64,000 nt of DNA from Candidatus Latescibacterota bacterium (lineage in GTDB: Bacteria; Latescibacterota; UBA2968; GCA-2709665). Of the stretch, positions 20,477-30,809 are shown piece by piece; the stretch's first letter is position 1; each line of letters opens with the position of its first letter. The notes beneath the pieces were generated by a model. The model was not told the origin of the DNA. It made no database searches and saw nothing but the letters and a program-made list of their open reading frames with translations. The stretch lies in assembly GCA_965203805.1 (NCBI GenBank), contig OZ241917.1, positions 1,152,001 through 1,216,000 on the forward strand, given 5' to 3'. The translations under genes were made by a program, and so were the position numbers.

Positions 20477-21511
20477 ATGGCATCTTTTCGTGCCGGTGTG
20501 GTCGGCGCGGGGAGCATTTCCCGCAGACACATCAGCGCATGGCAGGCCCATCACGACGTGGATCTGACCTGCATCGCGGATATCAGCGGGGAGGCCGCGC
20601 ACAGCCGAGCGGATGAATCCGGCATTCGAAGCCGGTATACCAGCTACCTGGATATGTTCAACGAGGAGCGTCCCGATATCGTCAGTATCTGCACCTGGAT
20701 GAATACCCACGCCGAGATCGCCGTTGCCGCGGCGGAAGCCGGCATTGCCGGTATCCTGTGTGAAAAGCCGCTGGCCGGCAGCCTGGAGGAAGTGGACCTC
20801 ATCCTGGATGCCGCGGAAAAACACGGAACCCGCGTCGCCGTGGGGCACCACCACCGCTTCCGCAGCGCGTGCGAGAAGGGCCGGGAACTCGTGCTCGGTG
20901 GGGCCATCGGGCAGCCCGTACTCTTTCACGGCAGCACGTCCGGCGGCCTGCTGAACAACGGCACCCACTTTGTCGACATCGCGCGTTTCCTGATGGACGA
21001 TCCGGCGCCCGCGTGGGTGATTGGGCAGGCGGTACGCCGCACCGACCGGCACGAGCGTCACGACCCCATCGAAGACCTCTGCGCGGGTATCGTCGCCCTC
21101 GAAAACGGGGCCCGGATCGTCATTGAAAGCGATATGCCGGAACCCGCGCCACCGGACGGCGCGATGACGCTTCAGGGAACGGAGGGCACGCTCGTCGTCA
21201 CGTCCAGAGGCGCACGGCTGCTCAATGAAAACGGATGGCGGGACGTTGATGCGGCAGACGAGACGGACGTCGGCGTCGCGCAGGCCGCCGAACTCGTGGA
21301 CTGGATGGATGGAAGGGTGAGCGAGCACCGCAACGCCATCCGGAAGAACCGCACGGTGATTGAAATCCTGATGGGCCTCTACGAATCCGCGCGAATCCGC
21401 GACACGGTCACCTTTCCCCTCGCATCGGGGCCCTCGCCCCTGCATCGGATGATCGAGAGCGGCGACCTGCCGGTCACGGTCCCGGGAAAGTATGATATCC
21501 GGATAAGATGA
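20477..21511 (+). CDS. Gfo/Idh/MocA family oxidoreductase
   Basis: GVVGAGSIS, CEKPLA, HHHRF, NGTHFVD. Confidence 0.92.
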   Translation: MASFRAGVVGAGSISRRHISAWQAHHDVDLTCIADISGEAAHSRADESGIRSRYTSYLDMFNEERPDIVSICTWMNTHAEIAVAAAEAGIAGILCEKPLAGSLEEVDLILDAAEKHGTRVAVGHHHRFRSACEKGRELVLGGAIGQPVLFHGSTSGGLLNNGTHFVDIARFLMDDPAPAWVIGQAVRRTDRHERHDPIEDLCAGIVALENGARIVIESDMPEPAPPDGAMTLQGTEGTLVVTSRGARLLNENGWRDVDAADETDVGVAQAAELVDWMDGRVSEHRNAIRKNRTVIEILMGLYESARIRDTVTFPLASGPSPLHRMIESGDLPVTVPGKYDIRIR

Positions 21512-21557
21512 CTTGATCGATGTGGTTTTGAGGATGGCTTGAGCGGAGGGTTGTGCG

Positions 21558-22784
21558 ATGGCGTCGAAACGAGGGAAGCCTGCGGTTACCGTCGGGCAGT
21601 CCGGGGCGGATATCGCCGGCGGCGACAACAGGGCGCTACAGGCCGCGGTGGACTACATCGCGGGTCTGGGCGGCGGGACCGTGGAAATCGGCCCCGGGAC
21701 CTACACGATGCGGGACTCGCTTCACCTGAGAAATCATGTCACAATCCGGGGCTGCGGAAAGGAATCGGTCCTGCTGAAAGCCGACGCCGTGGAGAGTCCA
21801 CTCGTCCTGGACGGCGACTATGGCGAAGAGCAGATCACCGTTGCCGACCCGTCTGGATTCGCGCCGGGTGCAGGCGTCAGCGTCACGGACGACGCCTCGG
21901 GCGGATTCCACACCGTCGTATGTACCTTGATCCGGGCGGATGGAAACACGTTCGGCGTGAACAATCCCATGTTGGGCGATTACCTCGTGTCACGTAACGC
22001 CCGGGCGGCCACCACGTTTCCGGTCATCAGCGGGTACGGCGTTCAAGGGGCCGCAATCGAAGACCTGACGATCGAGGGCAACAGGGAAAACAACCCGTAT
22101 CTCAATGGTTGCAGAGGGGCGGGAATCTTCCTGTACCGCGGCCACGGGACGAGGATTGTCGGCTGCACGATCGAAGAATACAACGGCGACGGCATCAGCT
22201 TCCAGCAGAGCAACGGGGTGACCGTGGAGAACTGCGCATGCCATGGAAACACCCACCTTGGCCTGCATCCCGGCAGCGGCAGCGGCTCACCCGCGATCCG
22301 CAACTGCCGGTCGGTCGGGAACGGACGCATCGGCCTGTTCCTCTGCTGGAGGGTCAAAAACGGAATCTTTGAAAACAATCGCCTCAATGACAACGGCGAG
22401 ACGGGAATCTCCATCGGCCACAAGGATACCGACAACACGTTCCTGAATAACGAGGCGAACGGGAATGGACGGGAAGGCGTGCTATTCCGCGACGAATCCG
22501 AGCCCATGGCCGGGCATCGGAATTTTTTCGAGAACAACCGGATCCTGGACAACGGGACCGGATCCGACGGCTGCGGCGTCCGCATCCTGGGGGAAACCCG
22601 CGATCTGACCTTCGTCAACAACAGCATCGGCAATTCGCCGAATGGCAAACAGCGTATCGGCGTCTTCATCGGATCAAAAGCGGACCGTATCGAACTCAGG
22701 GACAACGATTTATCTGGAAATCTTGATCGGGAAATCGAAGACCGCAGGGAAGGGGCACAACACCAAAAATCGGATCAGGATTAG
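21558..22784 (+). CDS. Right-handed parallel beta-helix repeat protein (pectin-lyase-like)
   Basis: ALQAAVD...GGGTVEIGPGTY cap; Asn-ladder repeats (N...G.GI); GGAGG RBS. Confidence 0.85.
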   Translation: MASKRGKPAVTVGQSGADIAGGDNRALQAAVDYIAGLGGGTVEIGPGTYTMRDSLHLRNHVTIRGCGKESVLLKADAVESPLVLDGDYGEEQITVADPSGFAPGAGVSVTDDASGGFHTVVCTLIRADGNTFGVNNPMLGDYLVSRNARAATTFPVISGYGVQGAAIEDLTIEGNRENNPYLNGCRGAGIFLYRGHGTRIVGCTIEEYNGDGISFQQSNGVTVENCACHGNTHLGLHPGSGSGSPAIRNCRSVGNGRIGLFLCWRVKNGIFENNRLNDNGETGISIGHKDTDNTFLNNEANGNGREGVLFRDESEPMAGHRNFFENNRILDNGTGSDGCGVRILGETRDLTFVNNSIGNSPNGKQRIGVFIGSKADRIELRDNDLSGNLDREIEDRREGAQHQKSDQD

Positions 22785-23116
22785 CTGCGATTGACCCCGA
22801 TTAAGAGCCGATTAGAAACCGGGAATAGACTTTAAGGGACTGATGATAGTGAGATGTTTTACGTGACGCGGAGCATTGACGGAACGGATACGCCATTTTT
22901 GCATAATTATGCCAAATTGGCATATACCGTTGTGGGTAATCGAACATAGCGGTCGGCCGGCAGTGCGATATGGCCCCAGGAACTCGCTCAGATCTGCCGA
23001 TGTTCAATCCTCCTCGTCAACGAGACGTTATAGTTGTCTGGAAGGCCGTATGAATCGCGGTTCGTTTCGATCCAGACACGCAGAACCGCAATTATTGACT
23101 TCGTGAGGACAAGAAT

Positions 23117-23641
23117 ATGACAGCTCGAATGGCGGTCATCATCGCACTTGCGGCGATTGCTCCGGAGGTTTGGGCGGAGACGGAAAACCTTTCCAGGACA
23201 AAGGGTTCGATAGAAGAATTCAGAATCTACACGAAATGCCTGGGTGTCATTCTCGTGGTTGAGCACCTGTCCGACGACGCAGAGAAAATCGGACTCAGGC
23301 GGGAGGAGATAATTGCTGCAGTGGAATCCAGATTGCGCGCCGCCGGCCTGTATCAATCCGGTTATTTCGGGTTCCCTGAAGGATCCGTAGTCTTCTTCCC
23401 GCACTTATATGTGGATGTCAATGTGAAAGGAAACGCGTACAGCGTTCTCGTTGAATTGAAAAAGTGGGTTAACGAACCCCTTTCCGGGCAGCTGAACTTC
23501 GCGCAAACCTGGCGGATCGGGACGCTCGGGACCCAGGGCTCAGAGAACCCCTCCATCATGTCTGCCGTGCGCAGCCTGACGGATCAGTTTGTCGACGAGT
23601 GGAACAAGGTGAACAAGCCGGACGGGAAGTGCGTTGAGTAA
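23117..23641 (+). CDS. Secreted hypothetical protein
   Basis: GAGG RBS, signal-peptide-like N-terminus, 174 aa. Confidence 0.7.
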   Translation: MTARMAVIIALAAIAPEVWAETENLSRTKGSIEEFRIYTKCLGVILVVEHLSDDAEKIGLRREEIIAAVESRLRAAGLYQSGYFGFPEGSVVFFPHLYVDVNVKGNAYSVLVELKKWVNEPLSGQLNFAQTWRIGTLGTQGSENPSIMSAVRSLTDQFVDEWNKVNKPDGKCVE

Positions 23642-23687
23642 GGCTGTCCGCTAAACCGGGGCAAGTCCAATATGTCTGCACGTCATT

Positions 23688-24371
23688 TTATTCTTCCTGC
23701 ACGAATTCTTCAAGATTCGTCCGCACAACAACTGTCCCGGCGATAAAGTCGTGAACGGCTCGTCGTTTCTTATTTAAAAGCATTGTGACAAACTCAGCAA
23801 ACCACCAAATTATCGCAACAATGGCCGTCCACATTTCCCACGCAGTTGCTGCAACATCTGACCATACATCCTGTCTGGTTATAAACTCACTGATCGAAGC
23901 CCCCATTATCAAATGACAGGACTCATATACAATTAGTGGAGTAATAATAATCAGAGGGATACTATCCCGGAGCAATGCATGTCTGAAAGTAATCGGTTCT
24001 TCAGTTTTATTATCGACGACTTTCACACGTGTGGCTTTCTTTCCTACTGTTTGCCCGAATCGGCCATGCATCCCAATTGTATAAGCCCACCAATAGTAGC
24101 CGCTCACCACATAAATAAAAACGAAGAGCCAGCGAATCATTGCCCAATCTGAAATATCGAGTGATAAATAATAATTGATGAAGGCAGTTATTGGCGCAAG
24201 TACGAAAGCATCAGTACAACTGGCCCACAATCGGGGCCAGAATGTACGATACTTCTGATCAGGAGAAGCCATATACTCCTTATAAAATCGCCAACTGAGA
24301 AACGGAACTATGAAAATTGATCCACCTATTATCAATCCGATAATAAGCAGCAACAGATAAACATATATCAT
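23688..24371 (-). CDS. RDD family membrane protein
   Basis: FWPRLWASCTD, GQTVGKK, RRAVHDFIAGTVVV. Confidence 0.9.
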   Translation of the reverse strand: MIYVYLLLLIIGLIIGGSIFIVPFLSWRFYKEYMASPDQKYRTFWPRLWASCTDAFVLAPITAFINYYLSLDISDWAMIRWLFVFIYVVSGYYWWAYTIGMHGRFGQTVGKKATRVKVVDNKTEEPITFRHALLRDSIPLIIITPLIVYESCHLIMGASISEFITRQDVWSDVAATAWEMWTAIVAIIWWFAEFVTMLLNKKRRAVHDFIAGTVVVRTNLEEFVQEE

Positions 24372-24595
24372 ACGCTGGGACCCCTTCCGCTTAAGCGGGT
24401 GCTACAGTCGATCGATGAACCTCAATGTGAAATAAATCAGGCGGCATTCTGTAGTGCGTTGCAGATTTTGCGGTATTGTTTTTCGGTGTGCTTGTTGCGT
24501 TGGAGACGCAGGGTAAGCCGCCCTTCGGGTCGGATAAGGTGTCCGGCGCGGTTGATGATCTGGAACCGTAGGGTGCGTATGGATTTGAGTGGCCA

Positions 24596-24614
24596 CCTGC
24601 CTGCAGCAGGCAGG
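24596..24614. repeat. 19-bp palindrome CCTGCCTGCAGCAGGCAGG
   Basis: 9-bp perfect arms with a 1-nt centre; sits exactly at a transposase frameshift. Confidence 0.9.
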
Positions 24615-24870
24615 TCGGTTGGTATTTTTCAAGGTGCGATTGCGTTTTGTCAGTCCGGTTTCAATCTGGAAGTTGACCAGGAGGTTGTGCGCGAGAATGA
24701 CGAACTGTTGCCAGGCGCTATTGGCGTCGTAATCGTGTGTGGGGATGGTATCGAAGCTGAGACCGGTCTTGAGTTCGCCGATGGCTTTTTCGTGCACGCC
24801 GCGGCCTGCCATGAAGCGCCAGAGCGCGCGCAACTTGAAGGGTAGATTGGTGGCCACCGCAGCGTATTCG

Positions 24871-24890
24871 CCTGCCTGCCGGCAGGCAGG
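24871..24890. repeat. 20-bp perfect palindrome CCTGCCTGCCGGCAGGCAGG
   Basis: Sits exactly at a transposase frameshift (DGTF^EYAAVATN). Confidence 0.92.
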
Positions 24891-26055
24891 AAGGTGCCGT
24901 CATCGGGGTCGAACAGGTCCAACTGGTAGTTCTTGCGGGTTTTATGGAAGACGCGTTTTCGAAAGATGGCAATGTTGAGGGTGCGTTCCCATTTTTTGAC
25001 CGTCAGCGTTGACGTAAAGCCGTCGACGCCTTTCTCGATGTGCTGCCAGTTGCTGCATTGACGGATTTTGTGCTGTAAGTCCAGGCCTTTCCAAAAGGGC
25101 ACCTTGATGGCATACGAGGCCTTGTTCTTGTCGAGCCTGTTGATCACATCTTTCTTGAAAAAGTCGCCATCCATGCGGAATCGCAGGGAGTAGGCGTGTC
25201 CCAAGCTCTCTTTGATCTGAGAAAACACATCCTTTATAAACTCGATGGAGGCACTGCCATCGTTGATGTTGCCGGGCCGGTTGTGGGCGCGGAGAAAATG
25301 ACCACTGTCGGCCAGGTAGGCGGTAATCGGATAGTAACTGGGGACTTTGCGATGATGCGGATTATACCCGCGGCGGGCGCCGCCGACGCGTTTTCCGGTG
25401 CACAAGACGGTGCCGTCCACGTCGATCGTCAATTTCCGGGCGCGCAACACCTTGATCTTTTGAGCAACAACGTTGGCGTTGAGGGCTTTCAGGGCCTTCA
25501 AACCCTTGTCGGAAAACCGTCTCAGAAACGTGCTCATGCTGCGGGGCGTCGGTAGATCCGTCAGACCGCAGAACCGCTGCAGCAGGGGATCTCCTTTCAA
25601 GAAATCCAGATGTCGCAACCGACGGCCGCCTACCCACAGCAAACCCAACAGAACACGGGAAAGGCTCACCACACCGAAATCGCCGCCAAAGCACGCACTG
25701 CCCAGGTGACGGCGCAATTGCCTGTTCCAATCGATGGTTCGCAAATACCGCATCAACAACTCCAAACCCGCATACGAGGTGAGGCCTTCACCCGTGAATT
25801 CCATCTTCAAATCGTCGTTGACACGCGCGTGCAAATCCGCTTTCTTTCGTCTCACTGTACGTGGCCTTTCGTTTCGGGTGAATTGGGGGTTTCGTCGCTT
25901 CCCAATATACCAAAATGGAAGGCCTTTTCCTATTGAAAAATATAGACTTATCGCCATATTTGCTTCGTCTTCAATACACCGAAATTCATCAACATTATTT
26001 TCACATTGAGGTGAATTCTTGAATAGTCGAACATGGTCGGATTTGAAGGTGGTGA

Positions 26056-26751
26056 GTGGTGGAATCGTGGAGAATATTGGCCTGGTTGATAACCATTGGC
26101 GCCCCGCTTTTTTTCCTGTCTCTCCTGGCGATTCCTCCGATTACCTGGTGGGTCTATAAGCGTTCTTCCGTTTCCTTAGAGCAGCGATATAAGACCTTCT
26201 GGGCCAGGCTTTGGGCGAGTTGGACTGATGGACTGGTCTTGATGCCAGCAGCTCTACTCTTCGCGTACTTACTGGACCCCAAAACTTCATTGTGGGAGAC
26301 CGTACGCTGGCTGGCGGTTATTGTCTTTGTAGCGGATAATACCTATTCCTGGTTCTATTCGATATTTATGCATGGTCGATGGGGCCAGACCATTGGGAAA
26401 ATGGTCACACGGGTAAAGGTTGTCGATGCAACAACCGAGGAACCGATTACCTACAGAAAAGCCTTCCTTCGCGACGCTGTCCCAATTCTGCTCGTATTTC
26501 CATTGCATGCCCATTCGCTCTATCAGTTGATAACTGGCGCCGAATATCAAGGGTTTCAGTCAGATCTGGATCTGAGTGCGCAAGCTGGCGGCAGTGTCTG
26601 GACAGCATTTATTGTCTGGATCTGGTGGTTCGCCGAGATTGTAACGATGCTCACGAATGATAAGCGGCGAGCTTTGCATGATTTTATTGCGGGGACGGTT
26701 GTGGTAAGGACGAATATTGAGGAACCAATGGAGGACGAATCAGGTGCCTGA
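26056..26751 (+). CDS. RDD family membrane protein
   Basis: FWARLWASWTD, GQTIGKM, RRALHDFIAGTVVV. Confidence 0.9.
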   Translation: MVESWRILAWLITIGAPLFFLSLLAIPPITWWVYKRSSVSLEQRYKTFWARLWASWTDGLVLMPAALLFAYLLDPKTSLWETVRWLAVIVFVADNTYSWFYSIFMHGRWGQTIGKMVTRVKVVDATTEEPITYRKAFLRDAVPILLVFPLHAHSLYQLITGAEYQGFQSDLDLSAQAGGSVWTAFIVWIWWFAEIVTMLTNDKRRALHDFIAGTVVVRTNIEEPMEDESGA

Positions 26752-26953
26752 ACACCAATACGCAACCGGATACACACCAATTGTAACCAGGTGGCCTGAT
26801 TAACCCGATCCTGCAGTGGACGCAGATTGACGATCATTGACAGATTGCGCCAGCCCTCCCGTTCGCCAGGATGCCCTGCCCGCCCTGCTGATTTATCCGA
26901 CCGTGGACTTCCGCATTGTTATTGGAAGTGTCTTCAAGCATACGAGGTCCATC

Positions 26954-27415
26954 ATGCAATCGTACGATTGGCTGAATACGCTTCTGTGGTTGATTCTGGT
27001 GCTCTGGGTACTCATAAACGCTAATCTACGTAAGAATAATGTTGTCGGGTGGACTGCGCTAGCGCTTCTGACCGGCCCTTTCGTGATGCCGTTCTACCTG
27101 GCCCATCGGAACTTACGTCGGGAAGAAGTACGCAAAGGTGGAAGGGCCTGGAATGTATTGCGCAACTGGGTTGTGCTTTGGGTAGTATTGATGAGCTATT
27201 GGTTTTTTATCGCTCCGATCAGAATTACTCACACGTCGCACGACGTCTGGGACGTACATTTCGGACTGATAAACGCGAGCTCTTCGGTAATAGAAATGGC
27301 CGTGATTTTCGGTTTATGTGCATGGGCCGCCATTTGGATTATTGCTATCGTTTCTAAAAGGAAAGACGCTATTGAAAAAGGACCAACAGGTAGATTAAAG
27401 GAAACAGAATTATGA
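26954..27415 (+). CDS. Hypothetical membrane protein
   Basis: GAGG RBS before ATG 26954; about 4 TM segments; P.YLA.R.L...E.R.GG.AWN.LRN. Confidence 0.7.
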   Translation: MQSYDWLNTLLWLILVLWVLINANLRKNNVVGWTALALLTGPFVMPFYLAHRNLRREEVRKGGRAWNVLRNWVVLWVVLMSYWFFIAPIRITHTSHDVWDVHFGLINASSSVIEMAVIFGLCAWAAIWIIAIVSKRKDAIEKGPTGRLKETEL

Positions 27416-27583
27416 TTATCGGGAGGTCTCTTGGACCTGGCTGTCGATCCAGCTCCAAAACTGGACAAGGGCAGTAGAGTAGAGAACTTGCCAGCCGGTA
27501 GTATTGCGTCTCACCGGAGACACAATAGACAAACCTACCCAGGATATCGTTACTGAAATCATTACAGGAGCAATGAATATATA

Positions 27584-28723
27584 ATGAGTTTCCGATTTTT
27601 CTACATCGCCTGTCTCCTTTCCCTGTCGCTCTCCTGCTCCAAGACCCAGGACCCGATCTCCAACGATACGATAAGAGTCGGCTTCCTGGTCTCGGGCGAT
27701 CGGTCCTCGTATGCAGACGCGGCCCAGTTGGCTGTAGACGAGATTAACACGAACGGTGGGCTGCTCGACAGGACAGTCGAACTGGTAACACGAATCAATA
27801 TCGAGGAGGCGTCCGCAGCGGTCCAGGCCGCTGAGCAGATGATCCAGGATGATGGGGTCTTCGCGATTCTCGGCCCCAACCGTTCAACCCACGCGGTTCA
27901 AGTGGGGCCGGTTGCTCAGCGGGCACAGATCCCGATGATCACGACCTCAGCCACGAACCCGAACGTGACGCGGGCGGGTGACTTCGTATTCATGGCAGCT
28001 TTTACCGATCAATTCCAGGGCGCTGTTCTCGCCCGTTTTGCGCGGGAAGATCTGGGTAAGTCCGTGGCGGCGGCCCTGACTCTGGAGGGTGACGTCTATA
28101 CTGAAGGTATTTCGATGTTCTTCGTTTCCCATTTCACGGAGTTGGGCGGGACGGTCATCGCAAACGAGGTTTATTCTGCCGGCGATACCACCTTTACAGA
28201 ACAGCTCAGGCGGATCTCCGATGCGGAACCGGATGTGTTCTTCATTTCGGGACTGGTCTCGGATATGACCTATGTGGTTCGAGAAACAGCGTCTTTCCCT
28301 GTACCGAATGCCCAGGGCGCACCGGTGACCCTCCTGGGCGCTGATGCGTGGGACAATCCATTGTTCTTGGATGAAGTGACAGCAGAGGTCGAAGGGAGTT
28401 ACTTTAGCGGACACTTTTCCGCGGAGTCAACGGAACCCGGTGCGAGGATGTTTGTAGAGGCGTACGCGGCCGCATACCAACGCACCCCCAGCGGTGGGGA
28501 TGCGGTCAGCTATGACGCTGTACGGGTGCTCTCCGAGGCGGTAGAACGGGCTGGAAGTCTGGAGGGAGAGGCAATTCGGGACCAGCTGGCGGCAACGCGA
28601 AATTACCGGGGAGCGACTCAGATCGCGCGGTACAATGAAGACCGGCATCCGACCAAGAGTGCGGTGATATTGACGACTCGTGATGGGGAGAGAAGGTTAT
28701 TCAAGGAGGTTGGGGCGGATTGA
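27584..28723 (+). CDS. Branched-chain amino acid ABC substrate-binding lipoprotein (LivJ/K-like), orphan
   Basis: Lipobox LSLSC; LAVDEIN..GGLL, ATNP.VT..GD.VF...FTD.FQG, YDAV. Confidence 0.9.
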   Translation: MSFRFFYIACLLSLSLSCSKTQDPISNDTIRVGFLVSGDRSSYADAAQLAVDEINTNGGLLDRTVELVTRINIEEASAAVQAAEQMIQDDGVFAILGPNRSTHAVQVGPVAQRAQIPMITTSATNPNVTRAGDFVFMAAFTDQFQGAVLARFAREDLGKSVAAALTLEGDVYTEGISMFFVSHFTELGGTVIANEVYSAGDTTFTEQLRRISDAEPDVFFISGLVSDMTYVVRETASFPVPNAQGAPVTLLGADAWDNPLFLDEVTAEVEGSYFSGHFSAESTEPGARMFVEAYAAAYQRTPSGGDAVSYDAVRVLSEAVERAGSLEGEAIRDQLAATRNYRGATQIARYNEDRHPTKSAVILTTRDGERRLFKEVGAD

Positions 28724-28956
28724 AGGTGTAGAGAGAAACCGGGAGAAGGCGCTTGCGTAACGCAACAAGGCCCTTGGGCTATTACTCGATTGCTTCAAAT
28801 TGCCACGGGCTCGCCTACGAGGTGCCATTCTCTACAAAATCGGTACACAAACTTATCTCGTGCTCTCCTCTCCGCCCAGGATACAACGTTAATCTCGGAG
28901 GGGGAGCTGTCTCACTCTAAATTGGCACGTAGGTTTGTGGCGAAATCGCTCAAGAT

Positions 28957-29499
28957 TCAAACGGACATAGGAGAAATCACTATCTCTTCACGAAATAAGA
29001 GATTTCGCAAAGCAGATAGGACTAGGGCATCGGATTCTGATATAAAAACATCCAATAACAAGCTGAGTTCCGATTCTTCTATATGTCGAATAAGGTTCGG
29101 ACGATACCGATAAATTGAATCCAAACTAAACGAGAGTAAAAGTGCTGCGCTCAGTGTAGGTATCAATGGCTTATGCTTCATACCTCGCCAATAATTCGTG
29201 ATATTTAAATTACCCCCAGCAACCGGTGTGGTCAAATGTCCACCATAATTCACTAATTGGAAACAATTTTCGGCATGAATCTTCAGGAATCTGCCGAAGC
29301 TATTTCCATTGCGGAATTCGATCGCGACAATTTCAGCATTACTGCTGACAATGGAGGCATGTAATTTCGCCATTTTAGCATTCCATGTTGAAACCCCCGC
29401 CGCTTTTGCAGCAGCCATGGCCTCATCTGCTTTCTTCGTTAGAACGGTGGCGGAACGTTTTGAATTAGCGACGAAGTGAGAGAATATATGTAGCGACAT
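28957..29499 (-). pseudogene. Possible 5'-truncated YaaC-like protein fragment
   Basis: C-terminal LLLSFSLDSIYRYRP resembles the recalled YaaC-family motif (F.L.S..RY.P); no clear RBS. Confidence 0.35.
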
Positions 29500-29639
29500 A
29501 CATGACTAAATGCAAGGAAATGTGTAAGCGTGTCAAAACTATGTTTAGCAGCTATAGTAGATATTACGTTAAGTGTGGTGGGACAGGTAATAATTACCAC
29601 ACTCACATTGAGTATGATCCTAACAAAGGAAAAAGTAAA

Positions 29640-30761
29640 ATGAAAACTTGGGTAGCGTCATTTGTGCTTTGGCCTGTGGTGATATTTGCTCAGGAACCGA
29701 CTTTCGTCGTTTCTCGCAAATCACAGGAACAAATAAGAGGCATGACCTTTAGAGATGTGGGTCATACCTATTCTGTTAATCCCAATGAAGTAATAAATAG
29801 TGCATTCATTGCGGATTTTAAAGGTCTTGGCCAAAAGGGAATGTGGTTAAAAATAACCGAGACGTTAGATTATATCAGTCGTCTCGCTTTTTATGATCCA
29901 CAGTCACAACAGGAATTATTCACGGTGGCGTTGAAGGGTGCTGTATCTATATATCAAGGTGATTTTGATGGTAATGGCGTCTCAGAAGTTGCGGCTATTA
30001 GATCGAGGATTCGTAGACCAGCTACCTTGGAAGATCCAGCTATTAAGATTTTCCAAGTAGTTGATAATCGGTTATTTCAATCTGACTATACTGAATTTTT
30101 CGGGCTGTGGAGTAGCGTGGGGAATATAACGGGTGATACAAAAGATGAGATACTTTTGTTTCATTATCCCAAGCCTGAGACTTATAATGATGGTCCTGTA
30201 GACATATTGGCTCTTTCTTGGAACGGTTACAGGTTTGAACAGATTGCCAGTGTTTCTTTACCAAGAATGAGTTTAGATGTAGAAATCGTTGATTTGGATA
30301 ATGATGGACAAGAAGAAATTGTTCTTTTGCAAGTTATTTGGCAAGACAATCAGGAAATCGGGCCAGTGAAATTGTCAGTCTATTCCTACAAAGGTAATCC
30401 TGAATTAACCTTGTTGGATGAAATAGAACTGTCAGTGGATTTAGGTGATGAAATAGGCATGGGGCTCTGGACACAGCCCTTGGCAGAAGGAGGACACCGT
30501 ATTTTAGTCCCTATTCCGGAGCCATGGTTCTTAGATCAGGAGCATCGTAAGGGTGTGCTGGAATATCGAGGTTATCGTTTAATTGCGAATCGTTTAGTCA
30601 GAGAACCAGAACTATTGGATTTTGAATGGGAGTACTACCATGATATACCTGCTTCATTTTCTACTACAACACCACAAATCGTCGATGGGTACTTACAGAT
30701 CCGCGACAGTAAACGTCTCGAACTCATAAAGGAACTTCCTCCGGCGTTGCCGAAGCGATAA
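29640..30761 (+). CDS. Secreted FG-GAP/VCBS-repeat protein
   Basis: Signal peptide MKTWVASFVLWPVVIFA; repeats ADFKGLG, GDFDGNGVSEV, GNITGDTKDEI, VDLDNDGQEEI. Confidence 0.8.
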   Translation: MKTWVASFVLWPVVIFAQEPTFVVSRKSQEQIRGMTFRDVGHTYSVNPNEVINSAFIADFKGLGQKGMWLKITETLDYISRLAFYDPQSQQELFTVALKGAVSIYQGDFDGNGVSEVAAIRSRIRRPATLEDPAIKIFQVVDNRLFQSDYTEFFGLWSSVGNITGDTKDEILLFHYPKPETYNDGPVDILALSWNGYRFEQIASVSLPRMSLDVEIVDLDNDGQEEIVLLQVIWQDNQEIGPVKLSVYSYKGNPELTLLDEIELSVDLGDEIGMGLWTQPLAEGGHRILVPIPEPWFLDQEHRKGVLEYRGYRLIANRLVREPELLDFEWEYYHDIPASFSTTTPQIVDGYLQIRDSKRLELIKELPPALPKR

Positions 30762-30809
30762 AGCTGAGCCTGTTCGCACAGAGATATGTTTATTTTAAGG
30801 AGGCTCCAC

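Larger units (their letters stand above)
24437..25855 (-). pseudogene. IS1380-family DDE transposase, disrupted by two palindromic insertions
   Basis: LTSYAGL, TIDVDGT, GYNP....SYYP, RPGN, RMDGDF, Y/F.GRG..EK.I.ELK. Removing 24871-24890 and 24596-24614 restores one 459-codon frame ending ...SIRTLRFQIINRAGHLIRP...NAA*. Confidence 0.9.
24420..26011 (-). mobile_element. IS1380-family insertion sequence, full length (1592 bp)
   Basis: Terminal IRs CCTCAATGTGAAATAAAT (from 24420) and ATTATTTTCACATTGAGG (to 26011); 4-bp direct repeat TGAA at 24416-24419 and 26012-26015; one transposase inside. Confidence 0.9.

Noticed and set aside
22899-22923. Overlapping palindromes GCATAATTATGC / ATGCCAAATTGGCAT
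   Set aside because: Single occurrence in AT-rich DNA; cannot be assigned to a regulator.
24650-24890. Programmed frameshift in the transposase
   Set aside because: No slippery site; IS1380 transposases are single ORFs; the palindromic insertions explain both shifts exactly.
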